The notes below the pieces were generated by a model. It was not told the DNA's origin, did no database searches, and saw only the letters and a list, made by a program, of their open reading frames with translations. Source: a virus. Taken from it: a stretch of 35,770 nucleotides of DNA. The translations under genes and the position numbers were made by a program. The DNA lies in IMG/VR virus record IMGVR_UViG_3300029431_000015; one strand, 5' to 3'. Positions 22,952 to 32,187 of the stretch are shown piece after piece (the first letter of the stretch is position 1; each line of letters starts with the position of its first letter).

Positions 22952-23632
22952 CTACTTAATCTTCTTTGTAATCTCGTCGCTGAGCTTCTTGATGAAGTTC
23001 ACGCCTGCAATGCCATTCTCGCTGTACCCCCACTTTTTCAGCAAGGTATTAACTGCCTTTGCAGTACCTTTTCCGTATGTACCGTTCTTATCCATACCTA
23101 CGTTGTGAAGCTTGACCGCCTTTGCAATAAGCAGCAGCTCCTTGAGCGCAAGCACACCGTTTGTTTTGTTGCCCTGCTTGTAGCCTGTCTTGTCAAGCAC
23201 TTTCGCACTTATCTTGCTCTGGTTCTTTGGTCTCAGGAAGCCTGCAATGTGGTCGTAAGTATGCTTGACCTTAGTGCAAGCTTTTCCGCTCCAGTTTTGG
23301 TCATACGAATAAAAATAACTCGTGTTGCCCTCACCGGTGCAGATTGCTATGTGACCCCAGCCGCCATTCAACGTGCCTGACCATATCGCTACATCACCCT
23401 TTTTCGGCACGAAACTTGGCGTGTTCTTTACCTTTGTGAAATTTGCTTTCAGCCAAGTGTTCTTATCGAATAAATCCCAAAAATGGTGAGCGTCATACCA
23501 GAAATTCTTGATACCTGATCCGAAGACCTCGTTGAAATATGCCGTTGCAAGGTCTACACACTGTTTGCCTGCTGCTCCGTCATAGTCAACGGCTACGCCA
23601 TTGTGCTTCTTGATAAACTCATCGTAATTCAT
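22952..23632 (-). CDS. Endolysin: N-terminal CHAP domain plus C-terminal peptidoglycan-binding domain
   Basis: The catalytic Cys lies in the context GKQCVDL and the His in the context GWGHIAI. The C-terminal NGVLALKELL...GKGTAKAVNTLLKKWG is PG_binding_1-like. It directly follows the holin. Confidence 0.85.
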   Translation of the reverse strand: MNYDEFIKKHNGVAVDYDGAAGKQCVDLATAYFNEVFGSGIKNFWYDAHHFWDLFDKNTWLKANFTKVKNTPSFVPKKGDVAIWSGTLNGGWGHIAICTGEGNTSYFYSYDQNWSGKACTKVKHTYDHIAGFLRPKNQSKISAKVLDKTGYKQGNKTNGVLALKELLLIAKAVKLHNVGMDKNGTYGKGTAKAVNTLLKKWGYSENGIAGVNFIKKLSDEITKKIK

Positions 23633-23634
23633 TG

Positions 23635-24090
23635 TTATTCCTCACTTTCGTTTGTATCCACTTTGTTTTCAACTGTGATTTTAAGCTTGTGTACTATCTT
23701 CACCAAGAATGACGGCAGTGGTATACCTATCACCGCAAGATTTTCCAAGATTGAAATGCACTCGTTGATGATAAACCATACCGTCACGATAAGACCGAAG
23801 TAAAAGCTGACGTTTACTTCAATGCCTATCTGTGAAAGTCCTGAGATAAAGAGCCAATCAAGCACGCCCGACACCGCCACCACAAATATGTAGCCGACCT
23901 TTTTGAAAAGCCCTTTAAGACCGACACGGCTTGACAGCTCGCCCCTGTTCCATGCTTTCCACATACCTGTAATGTAGTCAATGATCATCACAAGCACCAG
24001 AATGACTATAGGTATCGCCATAACACGGAAATACGCTGACAGCCCTGCGGCTATCGCTGATATGATGATTTTTGCTGTGTTTTCTTTCAT
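23635..24090 (-). CDS. Holin (phage_holin_4_1 / toxin-secretion holin family)
   Basis: It is 151 aa with multiple transmembrane helices. The motif IIDYITGMWKAW is typical of this holin family. Confidence 0.8.
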   Translation of the reverse strand: MKENTAKIIISAIAAGLSAYFRVMAIPIVILVLVMIIDYITGMWKAWNRGELSSRVGLKGLFKKVGYIFVVAVSGVLDWLFISGLSQIGIEVNVSFYFGLIVTVWFIINECISILENLAVIGIPLPSFLVKIVHKLKITVENKVDTNESEE

Positions 24091-24236
24091 TACTGTTCCT
24101 CTCTTTCGTATGTTTGTCCCGTGATTGTTGTATACTCCTCAGCCGTGATCCACTTGCCGACGGCGGTGTGCACCATAGCAACCGACCACAAACGGGTGTC
24201 ATAGTATCTCTTGACCTTTGCATAGTTTTTACTCAT
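24090..24236 (-). CDS. XkdX-family small protein (48 aa), not in the ORF track
   Basis: MSKNYAKVKRYYDTRLWSVAMVHTAVGKWITAEEYTTITGQTYEREEQ carries the XkdX hallmark YYD..LW....V...V.KGWIT.EEY..ITG. RBS GGAGGTGA. Its stop overlaps the holin ATG. Confidence 0.65.
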   Translation of the reverse strand: MSKNYAKVKRYYDTRLWSVAMVHTAVGKWITAEEYTTITGQTYEREEQ

Positions 24237-24384
24237 CGCCGCTCACCTCCAACTCAACACCGTTCAACATAGCCAGAAAATCAACATTTGCCTTTATCCT
24301 GTCTATCTCGGTGACCTTTGGTTTGTTGAAATTATCTTCCGTCAGCCCCATGCTCTCAACCATAGATTTTTCTAACTTCGTCAT
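24229..24384 (-). CDS. Hypothetical small protein (51 aa), not in the ORF track
   Basis: Its ATG overlaps the tail-fibre stop (ATGA). RBS AGGAGGT. The translation begins MTKLEKSMVESMGLTEDNFNKPKVTEIDRIKANVDFLAMLNGVELEV... Confidence 0.5.
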   Translation of the reverse strand: MTKLEKSMVESMGLTEDNFNKPKVTEIDRIKANVDFLAMLNGVELEVSGDE

Positions 24385-26516
24385 GTTGTACCTCCTACTT
24401 CACTCAGCTTCACGATATATTCTTCTTCTGACGGCACTGGTATTCTGTAATCATCACCATTGCTGTTTTTAAATGTCACGCTACCCTTTGCCTCAACCTC
24501 AATATTTCGCAGGAAGTCATCTGGTATTAACGATGAAATGTCGGTTACGATAGGGGTTTCCAATTCGTAATATAACATAACGCCCTGCATAGCCTGTTTG
24601 AATGCGGTGGCATCGGTGTAGGCGGTGTCGTTTACATAGACATATCCGTCAATAGTCGCATTGGTTGCTATGCCCACAGGTGCTGCGTCACTCCATACCT
24701 CATTTTGCGATTTTGCTAAATATTTTGAACATAATATATTCGATGCAATAGCAGAATTATACGACAATTTCTGTCCACAAATTTTCCGTGACGATGCTAT
24801 GAAAACTGTCCGGGAGCTAATTCCACCACCAGCAGTCCACGTCAGCGTTCCCAAATCAACGCTGTTCACACACTGAACGTATCGTTTATTTTCATAGTCC
24901 ACGTAGTTTCGTGCCGTTCCTGCCGACCAGCCGTAGCCAGGCAGTGCCTTGATAACTTCGGGTATCTGGTAAACGTTGCGGTGGAAGGGGGCATAGGTTG
25001 TAGGGGTGTCGCCTAGTTCGATCTGGATATCTCTAACTATCACATCTCCAGTGCCTTGTCCATATGTCATCGATAGTGTATCCTTTTGTGTTTTTGGCGT
25101 AAATGTCAATTTTGCGATACCCGTAGTATTCGCAAGAACTCGCTCGCCTTTTGCATAGGAACTTTCAATTCGAGCACCGTCTATTCTAGCTACCCAAAAA
25201 AAGCTAGTTAGTTCAGGCGGAACAGTAGCCTTAAGAGTGGCAACGAGTGTTTTACCTATATATTTTCCGACAGGAATGTTTATGCTTGCAAAACCCATAA
25301 AGTTGTTCACATAACTACCATCAGACTGCTTATATGATACGTAATAGTCATCTGCATTTAGCAAATTCTTTCCCTGCTCAACGACGCTCTCTGTTTCAGC
25401 GCTGACTATTTCGCCGTCAATGACCTCAGAATGACCACCTATCGACTTCACGCTCATCAACTTCGCCCCAGTCGGAACTGTCTTGGCATATGCCGTATCT
25501 GTATCGGTTTCAAATTTATGCGTCACACCCTGACCAATGTCGTACAGTGCATTTACACGTCTTGTCAATTCTTTATCCGTCAGCTTTAGGTTAGCTATTT
25601 CAGCGATTTTTCCGACAGCTGTCACATAATCGTCTGGCAGACTATCAGCTATGGATTGTGCTGTCTGAGCAGCAGTTTCAGCGGCTTTGCGGTCTGTGGT
25701 GACCTGTGCGGCATGGTCTGCCACTGTAGCCTTGTCGGCTGTCACCTGCGTTGCCAACGTCTGCACCGCCTGTCTGTCTGCCGCAGTGCTGTCAGCATTT
25801 GTCTTGGCAGTTTTAGCGTATCCTGACGTTATTGTCTTGTCAGCTTCGGTTTGCTGTGCTGCCGTTGATGCTTGAGCTGCTGATACCTTGGCATCATTCT
25901 GAGACTTGACTGCCTCAGCACGTGCGGTTTCTGCACCCTGCTTGGCTGTTTCTGCCTGTGTTGCGGACGTTTCAGCCGCCGCCTGTGCAGTTTCAGCACG
26001 TTCAGCCGCCTGCGTTGCCGTATCGGCTGATTTCTCTGCGGCTGTGGCAGATTTTTTTGCGTTTTCTGCCGCTGTAGTAGCCGTTTCTGCGGCGGTGACG
26101 GCGGTTTGCATATCTGCGTGTGTCTGCCTGCCTATGGCGTCTATGCGGTCTAGTGCGTCAGCTGCCACACTTGGTGACGGCACGGCATTATCACCTATAG
26201 CCGCACCTATTCTCAGACGGAATATGCGTGATTTTTTAACTAATATATACTCATTGCCTGCTAATTTTTTCGCCGCTATCTGGCAGCTGACTGTCTGCGC
26301 TGACCGCAGTATATCAGCCGTTGGCGTCCACTGTCCGCCTGTGATATCGACCTCGTACTGAACGCCATCACCGTAGTCTATCGTCATTACATAGCGGTCT
26401 GCGCCGTCTACTGTCAGCCCTTCGACCGACACGGGTCTAGCGTTCGTTTCGCCGACGTAGCCCAGCAGGGCTGTGTTCAGTGTTACGTCATAATCTGCAT
26501 TTAATGTTATCGTCAT
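24381..26516 (-). CDS. Tail fibre / receptor-binding protein with an Ala/Thr/Gln-rich coiled-coil shaft
   Basis: A 711-aa ORF lying after the baseplate genes and before the lysis cassette. It has a roughly 170-aa low-complexity A/T/Q/E segment and a distinct C-terminal globular region. Confidence 0.7.
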   Translation of the reverse strand: MTITLNADYDVTLNTALLGYVGETNARPVSVEGLTVDGADRYVMTIDYGDGVQYEVDITGGQWTPTADILRSAQTVSCQIAAKKLAGNEYILVKKSRIFRLRIGAAIGDNAVPSPSVAADALDRIDAIGRQTHADMQTAVTAAETATTAAENAKKSATAAEKSADTATQAAERAETAQAAAETSATQAETAKQGAETARAEAVKSQNDAKVSAAQASTAAQQTEADKTITSGYAKTAKTNADSTAADRQAVQTLATQVTADKATVADHAAQVTTDRKAAETAAQTAQSIADSLPDDYVTAVGKIAEIANLKLTDKELTRRVNALYDIGQGVTHKFETDTDTAYAKTVPTGAKLMSVKSIGGHSEVIDGEIVSAETESVVEQGKNLLNADDYYVSYKQSDGSYVNNFMGFASINIPVGKYIGKTLVATLKATVPPELTSFFWVARIDGARIESSYAKGERVLANTTGIAKLTFTPKTQKDTLSMTYGQGTGDVIVRDIQIELGDTPTTYAPFHRNVYQIPEVIKALPGYGWSAGTARNYVDYENKRYVQCVNSVDLGTLTWTAGGGISSRTVFIASSRKICGQKLSYNSAIASNILCSKYLAKSQNEVWSDAAPVGIATNATIDGYVYVNDTAYTDATAFKQAMQGVMLYYELETPIVTDISSLIPDDFLRNIEVEAKGSVTFKNSNGDDYRIPVPSEEEYIVKLSEVGGTT

Positions 26517-26530
26517 TTAATCACCCCTCT

Positions 26531-26893
26531 TTACTCTATTGCAATATAATCAACATAGTATGTTCCTGTTGGAACGGTTTCCAATGTTGGCCCGTTATTA
26601 GCTCCCATGCAGACACTCATATAGTATGACGTTCCTGACCCATAAACGTGGGTGCAGTAGTTCTGATATGGTGTTGGTGTGTCTGTCTGCCGTAGCGTTG
26701 CTATTACCTGTTTAGGCGCAAAGGTCAGTCCAAGCGGTATCTGCATCAATGGATTCGCTTTCGTCATCTTGTATTCCACAGTGCCATAGTGTATCTTGCC
26801 GGCTCGGCTCAGTATCTCATCGATTTCCTCGCCTGCGTGTTGCATAGGATAGTCGTTGATATCTTGCGCCAATGTCAAATTTTCATCAGCCAT
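26531..26893 (-). CDS. Hypothetical tail/baseplate-associated protein (120 aa)
   Basis: Its RBS is GGGGGG-rich. It lies between the Tal-like and fibre genes. Confidence 0.6.
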   Translation of the reverse strand: MADENLTLAQDINDYPMQHAGEEIDEILSRAGKIHYGTVEYKMTKANPLMQIPLGLTFAPKQVIATLRQTDTPTPYQNYCTHVYGSGTSYYMSVCMGANNGPTLETVPTGTYYVDYIAIE

Positions 26894-26906
26894 TATCTCG
26901 CCCCCC

Positions 26907-28073
26907 TTAAAGCTGTTCTTCTACCGACAGACCTACCGCAGAAATATCAGCACTCAGTCCGCCGTCAAAAGTAAATTCTAAATTTGTTATTGGTATGTCA
27001 TAGCTGTCTGCACCGTTGGTGTAGGTCACCACGTCACCTATGTCGAAACGTGGGTCACCAAGTCTGTGGTATAGCTCAGTGGTGTACCACGAAAATCCAC
27101 CTATCCTGCGCCACAGAGATTGTAGCAAAGACTCTGTCATGTATGGATTTTCAAACTCTAAAACTCTACCCTGCGTTGTATCTGTCACACCAAGCGACAG
27201 CGTTACATCATCACTCACTTTGCAGATAATGCCCACGATAGCGTTCTGCCTTTCAGACAGTGTTGGCAGGTCTATTGTGTTGTTATCAAGCGTTTTCACG
27301 CTCGAGCCGTACCATTTTCGGACGTACCGCCCGAAGCGGTCAACATACCCGAACTGCCCCTGAGCTGAGGCAAGGTAAGACAGCATTTGCCGCATGGTCA
27401 CGTCCTTTGGCACTGAGCTGACCTTGAAATAGAAATACTTTGAGTACAGCACCTTGCCGTTCTTATCTATCAACCTTCTGCCGTTCTTGTCACGCAGTAG
27501 TCGCACCTCTGTGTAGTCATTGCCGTTCTGCAATCCTAATTGTCTGCAAATGTCGTCTTCGACGGCTTTATTCCAGTTTGGCATAGGGATATGCGGTACA
27601 TATGGCTTGTCCGAGAAGTACAGCCTGTCCGCCATTGTCAGCTGGACACTGCCGCCCGACTTTTTCGACTTAACGCAGGTGAAACGTCCCATTGGTATTT
27701 TTTCGTCGCCAAGCATCTCTCCAAGCTTGCTTATCTGCTCCACTGTCAGCTTTGAAAGCTCAGCGTAGGTGTAGGATTCTAGGGTGGAGTAGGTGGTAAA
27801 TGCCGAGCTGTCTTTCATATACAAACTGAAAACATACTCATTCCCAAGATACTTAGTTCCGTCGTCAACCAGTTCCGCCGTCACACTCTGAGAGCAGACA
27901 GCTCCAAGCTCTATATCATCACTTAGAGAGGTTGATTGAATGTCTGTCTGAACGTTCTGAATGCCGTCATATGCCACAGGTTCTCCGCTCTGAACGTCCT
28001 CTATCCACATACCCCACAAGGCTTTGTAACTCTCTATCCTGCTTGTTATCTCATTGCTTGCTATGGTGTACAT
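26907..28073 (-). CDS. Tail-associated (Tal / baseplate hub, Prophage_tail-like) protein
   Basis: It is 388 aa with RBS AGGAGGG. It is the second gene after the tape measure, the canonical Dit-Tal order. Confidence 0.55.
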   Translation of the reverse strand: MYTIASNEITSRIESYKALWGMWIEDVQSGEPVAYDGIQNVQTDIQSTSLSDDIELGAVCSQSVTAELVDDGTKYLGNEYVFSLYMKDSSAFTTYSTLESYTYAELSKLTVEQISKLGEMLGDEKIPMGRFTCVKSKKSGGSVQLTMADRLYFSDKPYVPHIPMPNWNKAVEDDICRQLGLQNGNDYTEVRLLRDKNGRRLIDKNGKVLYSKYFYFKVSSVPKDVTMRQMLSYLASAQGQFGYVDRFGRYVRKWYGSSVKTLDNNTIDLPTLSERQNAIVGIICKVSDDVTLSLGVTDTTQGRVLEFENPYMTESLLQSLWRRIGGFSWYTTELYHRLGDPRFDIGDVVTYTNGADSYDIPITNLEFTFDGGLSADISAVGLSVEEQL

Positions 28074-28081
28074 ATGCCCTC

Positions 28082-28453
28082 CTAACGTTCTGCGAATGTG
28101 ACAGTACAGCTCTTGTAATACTCACCACCGTCAAGTCTGACAAGCCCCTGCGGTACATAGTCGCTTGCGTTGGCAGATATAGAATAATACTTGCCATTGT
28201 GCCAAAACTCCAGTTCTGCAAAGTCGGGTCCGTCCTCGATAAGGGATTGTATCTCGGCCGAATCTGCGACAGGAAGCATTGTCCACTTGCAAGGCAGTTT
28301 ATATTTGCAGAACTTTCTTGCACCCACAAACAGACCTGTTGTATTCACTCGTCCTGAACCTGCCGTCCATTCGTAACAGTTTACAGGGCTCCAGCTATCA
28401 GGGTCAGGGTCTGTCACCCACACGCCGTTTATCTTTAGCAATGTTCCTGTCAA
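28082..28453 (-). CDS. Putative distal tail protein (short Dit-like)
   Basis: It lies directly after the tape measure and is translationally coupled to it (TTG start overlapping the TGA stop). At 123 aa it is shorter than typical Dit proteins. Confidence 0.4.
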   Translation of the reverse strand: MTGTLLKINGVWVTDPDPDSWSPVNCYEWTAGSGRVNTTGLFVGARKFCKYKLPCKWTMLPVADSAEIQSLIEDGPDFAELEFWHNGKYYSISANASDYVPQGLVRLDGGEYYKSCTVTFAER

Positions 28454-31416
28454 AATGCACTCACTCCCGTCTTACGTTTATACTGATTGTTGCTGTCCTG
28501 CATACACTTGAAAAGCACCTTGCTGTCAACTGTTCCGAAGAACACAGGGTCATAAGCTTTCAGCCAATCAAGTATAGCGTTCAGCACCCTTAACACCTCG
28601 TCAAGCTTGCCGTTATCAAGCATACCTTGCAGTTTGCTCAGCGGTGAGATCACCTCCGGGTCTGCCTTTGCGTTCCTGTTATCGCCCACCATTGCAAGGG
28701 TCGGTGCTGTCGCAATTCCGCCTGTGGCAAGCTTTGGTATCTCAGGTATGCTTATTGTGTCAAGGTCAAAGCCAAAGGTTTCTCCGCCTATGCCAGGCAC
28801 CCAATCAGGCACATCAAAACTCAGGCTGTTAATGCCGTCGATTATCCAGTTGACCGCACTTTCAATAGCACTGGTCATTTTGTTTACTGCACCGATAATT
28901 AGGTTTATAGGTGCTTTCACAACGCTGTAAAGCGTATCCCACACGCCTTTGAAGATCTTCTTTACACCCTGCCAAGCCTTTTTCCAATTGCCTGTAAAAA
29001 TGCTCTTGACGAACATTATAATGCCGTTGAGAATGGTCTTTACGCCTCCGAAAGCGTCTGAAAAGGTCTTTTTGAACCACTTGCCTATGCCTTTGAAGAC
29101 GCCCTTGACAGCGTTAAGAAGCTTTGTGAAGATCTCCTTTATCTTTGCAATACCCTCAGATACGGCATTGTACAGACCTTGTATGATATATCCGCCCATT
29201 TCAGCCATGACCTTACTAGGGCTGTGAATACCAAAACAGTTCTTGAAGCCCTCAATAAATGGTGTAAGAACATGGTCATAAAGCCAAGTGCCTATGCCCT
29301 TGAAAGCGTCAACGATACCTGTGAAAAGCCCCTCAACGATATTGCCGCCACAGTCCTGAATTTTCTCTGTGAAGTAATCACGGATACTGAAAACAGCGTC
29401 CTTTATAAAACCCCACAGCACCGATACCGCACCGCCAATGGCTGAGCCTATGGCTTTGAAAAGCTTTGTGGCAATGCCGCTCCAATCTATTGTAGAAATG
29501 AACGTCCACAGCTTTTCACCTATGCCCTGCCAATTTACAGTTTGCAGGAAGTTTATTGCCGTATCAAGCAGACCTTTCACGCCCTCAGAGATAGTCGTTC
29601 CTGCTTTGCCCCAATCAATCTCATCAAACCAGCCGTTCACAGAAGTGCCTATGGACGAGCCAAAGCCCGACCAATCAAAGGTGGTAACGAATGAATAAAG
29701 ATAGTCGATGATAGCTTGCCATTTTGAAGCAAGGGTCTTGCCGATAAGCGACCAATTCGTTTTCTTTATACCGCCGTTAAGAAAATTAGCCGTACCCTTG
29801 CCGAAGCCTGCCCAATCAAACTTCTTCATAAAGCGGTATCCTGCGCCAAAAATAGTGTTTATACCGCCGCCGAAGCTGTCACCAAGTCCTGTCCAATCAA
29901 CGCCGTTTATAAAGCTGTTCAGACCGTCTGTAAGCTTATCCACAAAGCCATTCAGCTTTTTCTGAATACCGTCCCAGTTGATGTATGCGAAAGCTCCGTT
30001 GACCTTTTCAGCCACAAGAGAGCCAACTCCTGCCCAATCGCCTGACTTAATGGCGTCTTTCATACGCTCCGCCCAATCTGGAAGCTGAACGTTGTCGCCG
30101 TTTATGGCTGAGTAATCAATGCCACCCTCTGAACTGTCTGTATCGGACTTGCTCTGATCCGGTGCAACTCTTACAACGTCAAAGTCTGCAAGGTAAGTGT
30201 CCTGAGTTTTCTTTATCTTCTCCGCTGACTTCTGTGCCTGCTTTGTCGCCTGCAAGGACTTCTGATAGGTGGTGCCGAAAAGCTCAGAGATAAACGCCGC
30301 CACAGTTTTTGTCGCCGTTGCTATGCCCGTCATAAGCGTATTGAGATACGGCATTACTGTGTTCATTATCGGCGTGAAAGCTATGGTGAGGTTGGCTTTT
30401 ATCTCGTTTAAGGACTTGGCAAATTCTTCGTTGCCTGAAACAGCGTTTGCAACAGCGGAACGTATTCCTTTCAGCAAAACAAGCACGCCTGCCATTAAGA
30501 ACACTCTTTTTGCCGCAGATTTGAGCGAATGTGTAAACTTGCTCAGCGGTTTTGAAGTGCTGTCGATAGTTGTTTTAAGCCTGCTGAATTTGGATTTAAC
30601 TGCGTCAACAGCCTTCGAGCCTGCCGAACGCATTGTCTTGAAAGCTCCGCCGAGAGTTGACTTCACCGCCTTGCCTGCAAATGAAGCGACTTTTTTTAGT
30701 TTCTCAATAGCAGTTGTCCCTGTTTTTCCGCAGTTGCTAAATGTTTCCTCATATTCGCTAAGTTTTGTTTGAGTTTTATCTATAACTCCCTGCTGACTTA
30801 TAAGCTTACTTTCAACGCCATTAAGTTCTGAAACTATCTTTGCAGCTTCTTCGTCTGAACTAGCGTTTGCAAGAGCAGCTTGTAGCTCTTTATACTTAGC
30901 CTGCAACAGGCTCATTTTTTCTGTTGCATTTTCGAGTTGGAGATTAAGCCTTTCAAATTCACTTTCAGGTATTTCAAAATCACCAAAGCTCTCTGTCGCT
31001 GTTTTAGCCGCCTCGTCAGCTTTTGCCGTAATTTGCTGAGCGATATCATCAACCTCAGCCTCTATCTTATCAGGGTCATACTCAGGATTGTAATGTATCT
31101 GCACAACTTTAGGCTTGATGTTTTCGATTTGATCGGTGGTGTTTTTTATATGCTCATTGGCTTTATCAATTTCAGACACCACCTTTGCAGTAGCCTCCTG
31201 CATACTCTTCTGGGCGATCTCCGACGCACTGCCAAAGCCCTCGTCTATGGCTTTAGTGGTCTTATCCATAGCGTTCTCAACAGCTTTCTCTGCCTGCTCT
31301 ACTGGCTTTGAAAAACCGTTCTGTATGCTTGCAGATATCTTGTCAAGCTGCTCCTGCACCTTGTTTTTTATCACAAGGTCAAGAGATATAACACCAACGC
31401 TTGCTCCGTCTGCCAT
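28450..31416 (-). CDS. Tape measure protein
   Basis: It is 988 aa and the largest ORF. It has N-terminal coiled-coil character and central hydrophobic segments. It carries repeated D/N-W-x-G-[FIL]-G motifs. Its position after the chaperone pair fits. Confidence 0.9.
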   Translation of the reverse strand: MADGASVGVISLDLVIKNKVQEQLDKISASIQNGFSKPVEQAEKAVENAMDKTTKAIDEGFGSASEIAQKSMQEATAKVVSEIDKANEHIKNTTDQIENIKPKVVQIHYNPEYDPDKIEAEVDDIAQQITAKADEAAKTATESFGDFEIPESEFERLNLQLENATEKMSLLQAKYKELQAALANASSDEEAAKIVSELNGVESKLISQQGVIDKTQTKLSEYEETFSNCGKTGTTAIEKLKKVASFAGKAVKSTLGGAFKTMRSAGSKAVDAVKSKFSRLKTTIDSTSKPLSKFTHSLKSAAKRVFLMAGVLVLLKGIRSAVANAVSGNEEFAKSLNEIKANLTIAFTPIMNTVMPYLNTLMTGIATATKTVAAFISELFGTTYQKSLQATKQAQKSAEKIKKTQDTYLADFDVVRVAPDQSKSDTDSSEGGIDYSAINGDNVQLPDWAERMKDAIKSGDWAGVGSLVAEKVNGAFAYINWDGIQKKLNGFVDKLTDGLNSFINGVDWTGLGDSFGGGINTIFGAGYRFMKKFDWAGFGKGTANFLNGGIKKTNWSLIGKTLASKWQAIIDYLYSFVTTFDWSGFGSSIGTSVNGWFDEIDWGKAGTTISEGVKGLLDTAINFLQTVNWQGIGEKLWTFISTIDWSGIATKLFKAIGSAIGGAVSVLWGFIKDAVFSIRDYFTEKIQDCGGNIVEGLFTGIVDAFKGIGTWLYDHVLTPFIEGFKNCFGIHSPSKVMAEMGGYIIQGLYNAVSEGIAKIKEIFTKLLNAVKGVFKGIGKWFKKTFSDAFGGVKTILNGIIMFVKSIFTGNWKKAWQGVKKIFKGVWDTLYSVVKAPINLIIGAVNKMTSAIESAVNWIIDGINSLSFDVPDWVPGIGGETFGFDLDTISIPEIPKLATGGIATAPTLAMVGDNRNAKADPEVISPLSKLQGMLDNGKLDEVLRVLNAILDWLKAYDPVFFGTVDSKVLFKCMQDSNNQYKRKTGVSAF

Positions 31417-31829
31417 TACTTATCACCTGCCTTTCCGAACATTCCCTTGAACAGCCTTTCAAAGTATCTCGCAGTTTCAAGCTTGTCTTGCTCTGTGAAC
31501 GTTTCTCTTACTTTCTGACTTCTGAACGCCGTCCATTCTGAGCGTATCTGCTTTTCAAACCTGTCGAAATTCTTTATGATATCCTTGTTGTCCTCGCTCC
31601 TGATACGAACGATCTGACCCAGTGGTGTATCGTGCATAAGCCCTGCAACGAGCCTGTACCAATCGCTGTAATGCAGATTTTCCTGCTCTGAGGGCAGGAT
31701 ATTGTACTGCTTTGCAATGGATTGTATGATAAGCTCTCGGTCATAGTCAAGATCGTACCAGCTTTCTTCAAACTTACTCTGCGTTTTCCTGCGGAAATCG
31801 AGCCTCTGTCTTTTCTGCGTCCTCGCCTG
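31416..31829 (-). CDS. Tail assembly chaperone T-like extension (Gp15-like), no start codon of its own; presumably made by frameshifting from the 31774..32100 ORF
   Basis: The frame is open from 31829 with no ATG, GTG or TTG before 31637. Yet the upstream part encodes the conserved-looking ...FEESWYDLDYDRELIIQSIAKQYNILPSEQENLHYSDWYRLVAGL. It is in the +1 frame relative to G. Confidence 0.6.
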   Translation of the reverse strand, partial: QARTQKRQRLDFRRKTQSKFEESWYDLDYDRELIIQSIAKQYNILPSEQENLHYSDWYRLVAGLMHDTPLGQIVRIRSEDNKDIIKNFDRFEKQIRSEWTAFRSQKVRETFTEQDKLETARYFERLFKGMFGKAGDK

Positions 31830-32100
31830 TTACCGCTGAGATAACAAGAGTGAAAAGCTGCTGATATGCCGCCCAAGGCATATTCATTGCCTCTATCTCC
31901 TTGTAGTCCTTTGGTGCGAACGCAAGCTTGAAAACCTCGTCTATCATATCAAGGTCTTTCTTTTCAGCGTTCTTGTCGCAGATGTCAAGTATCTTCTTGA
32001 CAGCTTTCTGCCTGTCGTCCACAGGGTAGACCTTGTCGCCTACTCTTATCTCAGGTGTACCTGTAAGAAGCTTGCTGTCGAGTGTATACATCTTTGCCAT
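31774..32100 (-). CDS. Tail assembly chaperone (G-like), 108 aa
   Basis: ATG at 32100 (MAKMYTLDSK...) follows AAAGGA. The track start at 32193 has no RBS and lies in the sRNA/terminator region. Confidence 0.7.
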   Translation of the reverse strand: MAKMYTLDSKLLTGTPEIRVGDKVYPVDDRQKAVKKILDICDKNAEKKDLDMIDEVFKLAFAPKDYKEIEAMNMPWAAYQQLFTLVISAVTGEDAEKTEARFPQENAE

Positions 32101-32121
32101 AGTTATTATCCTTTCTGATTT

Positions 32122-32160
32122 TGGGTATAAGAAAAGCACTCCGCTATAAACGAAGTGCTT
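32122..32160 (-). terminator. Intrinsic terminator (second, distal) downstream of the small hydrophobic ORF
   Basis: On the minus strand AAGCACU.CG-N7-CG.AGUGCUU is followed by UUCUUAUA. Confidence 0.5.
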
Positions 32161-32187
32161 GACATTGTTGTTTTGCTGTGATATAAT
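32159..32187 (+). promoter_or_regulatory. Exact consensus promoter TTGACA-17-TATAAT (TG extended -10) for the antisense RNA
   Basis: TTGACA at 32159..32164 and TATAAT at 32182..32187. Confidence 0.65.

Noticed and set aside
28607-30772. Multiple plus-strand ORFs of 60-167 aa inside the tape measure gene
   Set aside because: All are antisense to the 988-aa tape measure ORF. They lack RBSs and have low-complexity composition.
31574-31876. A 100-aa ORF in the -1 frame of the tail chaperone gene, a tempting candidate for the canonical -1 G/T frameshift product
   Set aside because: Its translation is Arg-rich junk (…GNRRGRRKDRGSISAGKRR…). The conserved Gp15/T-like sequence is in the other (+1) frame.
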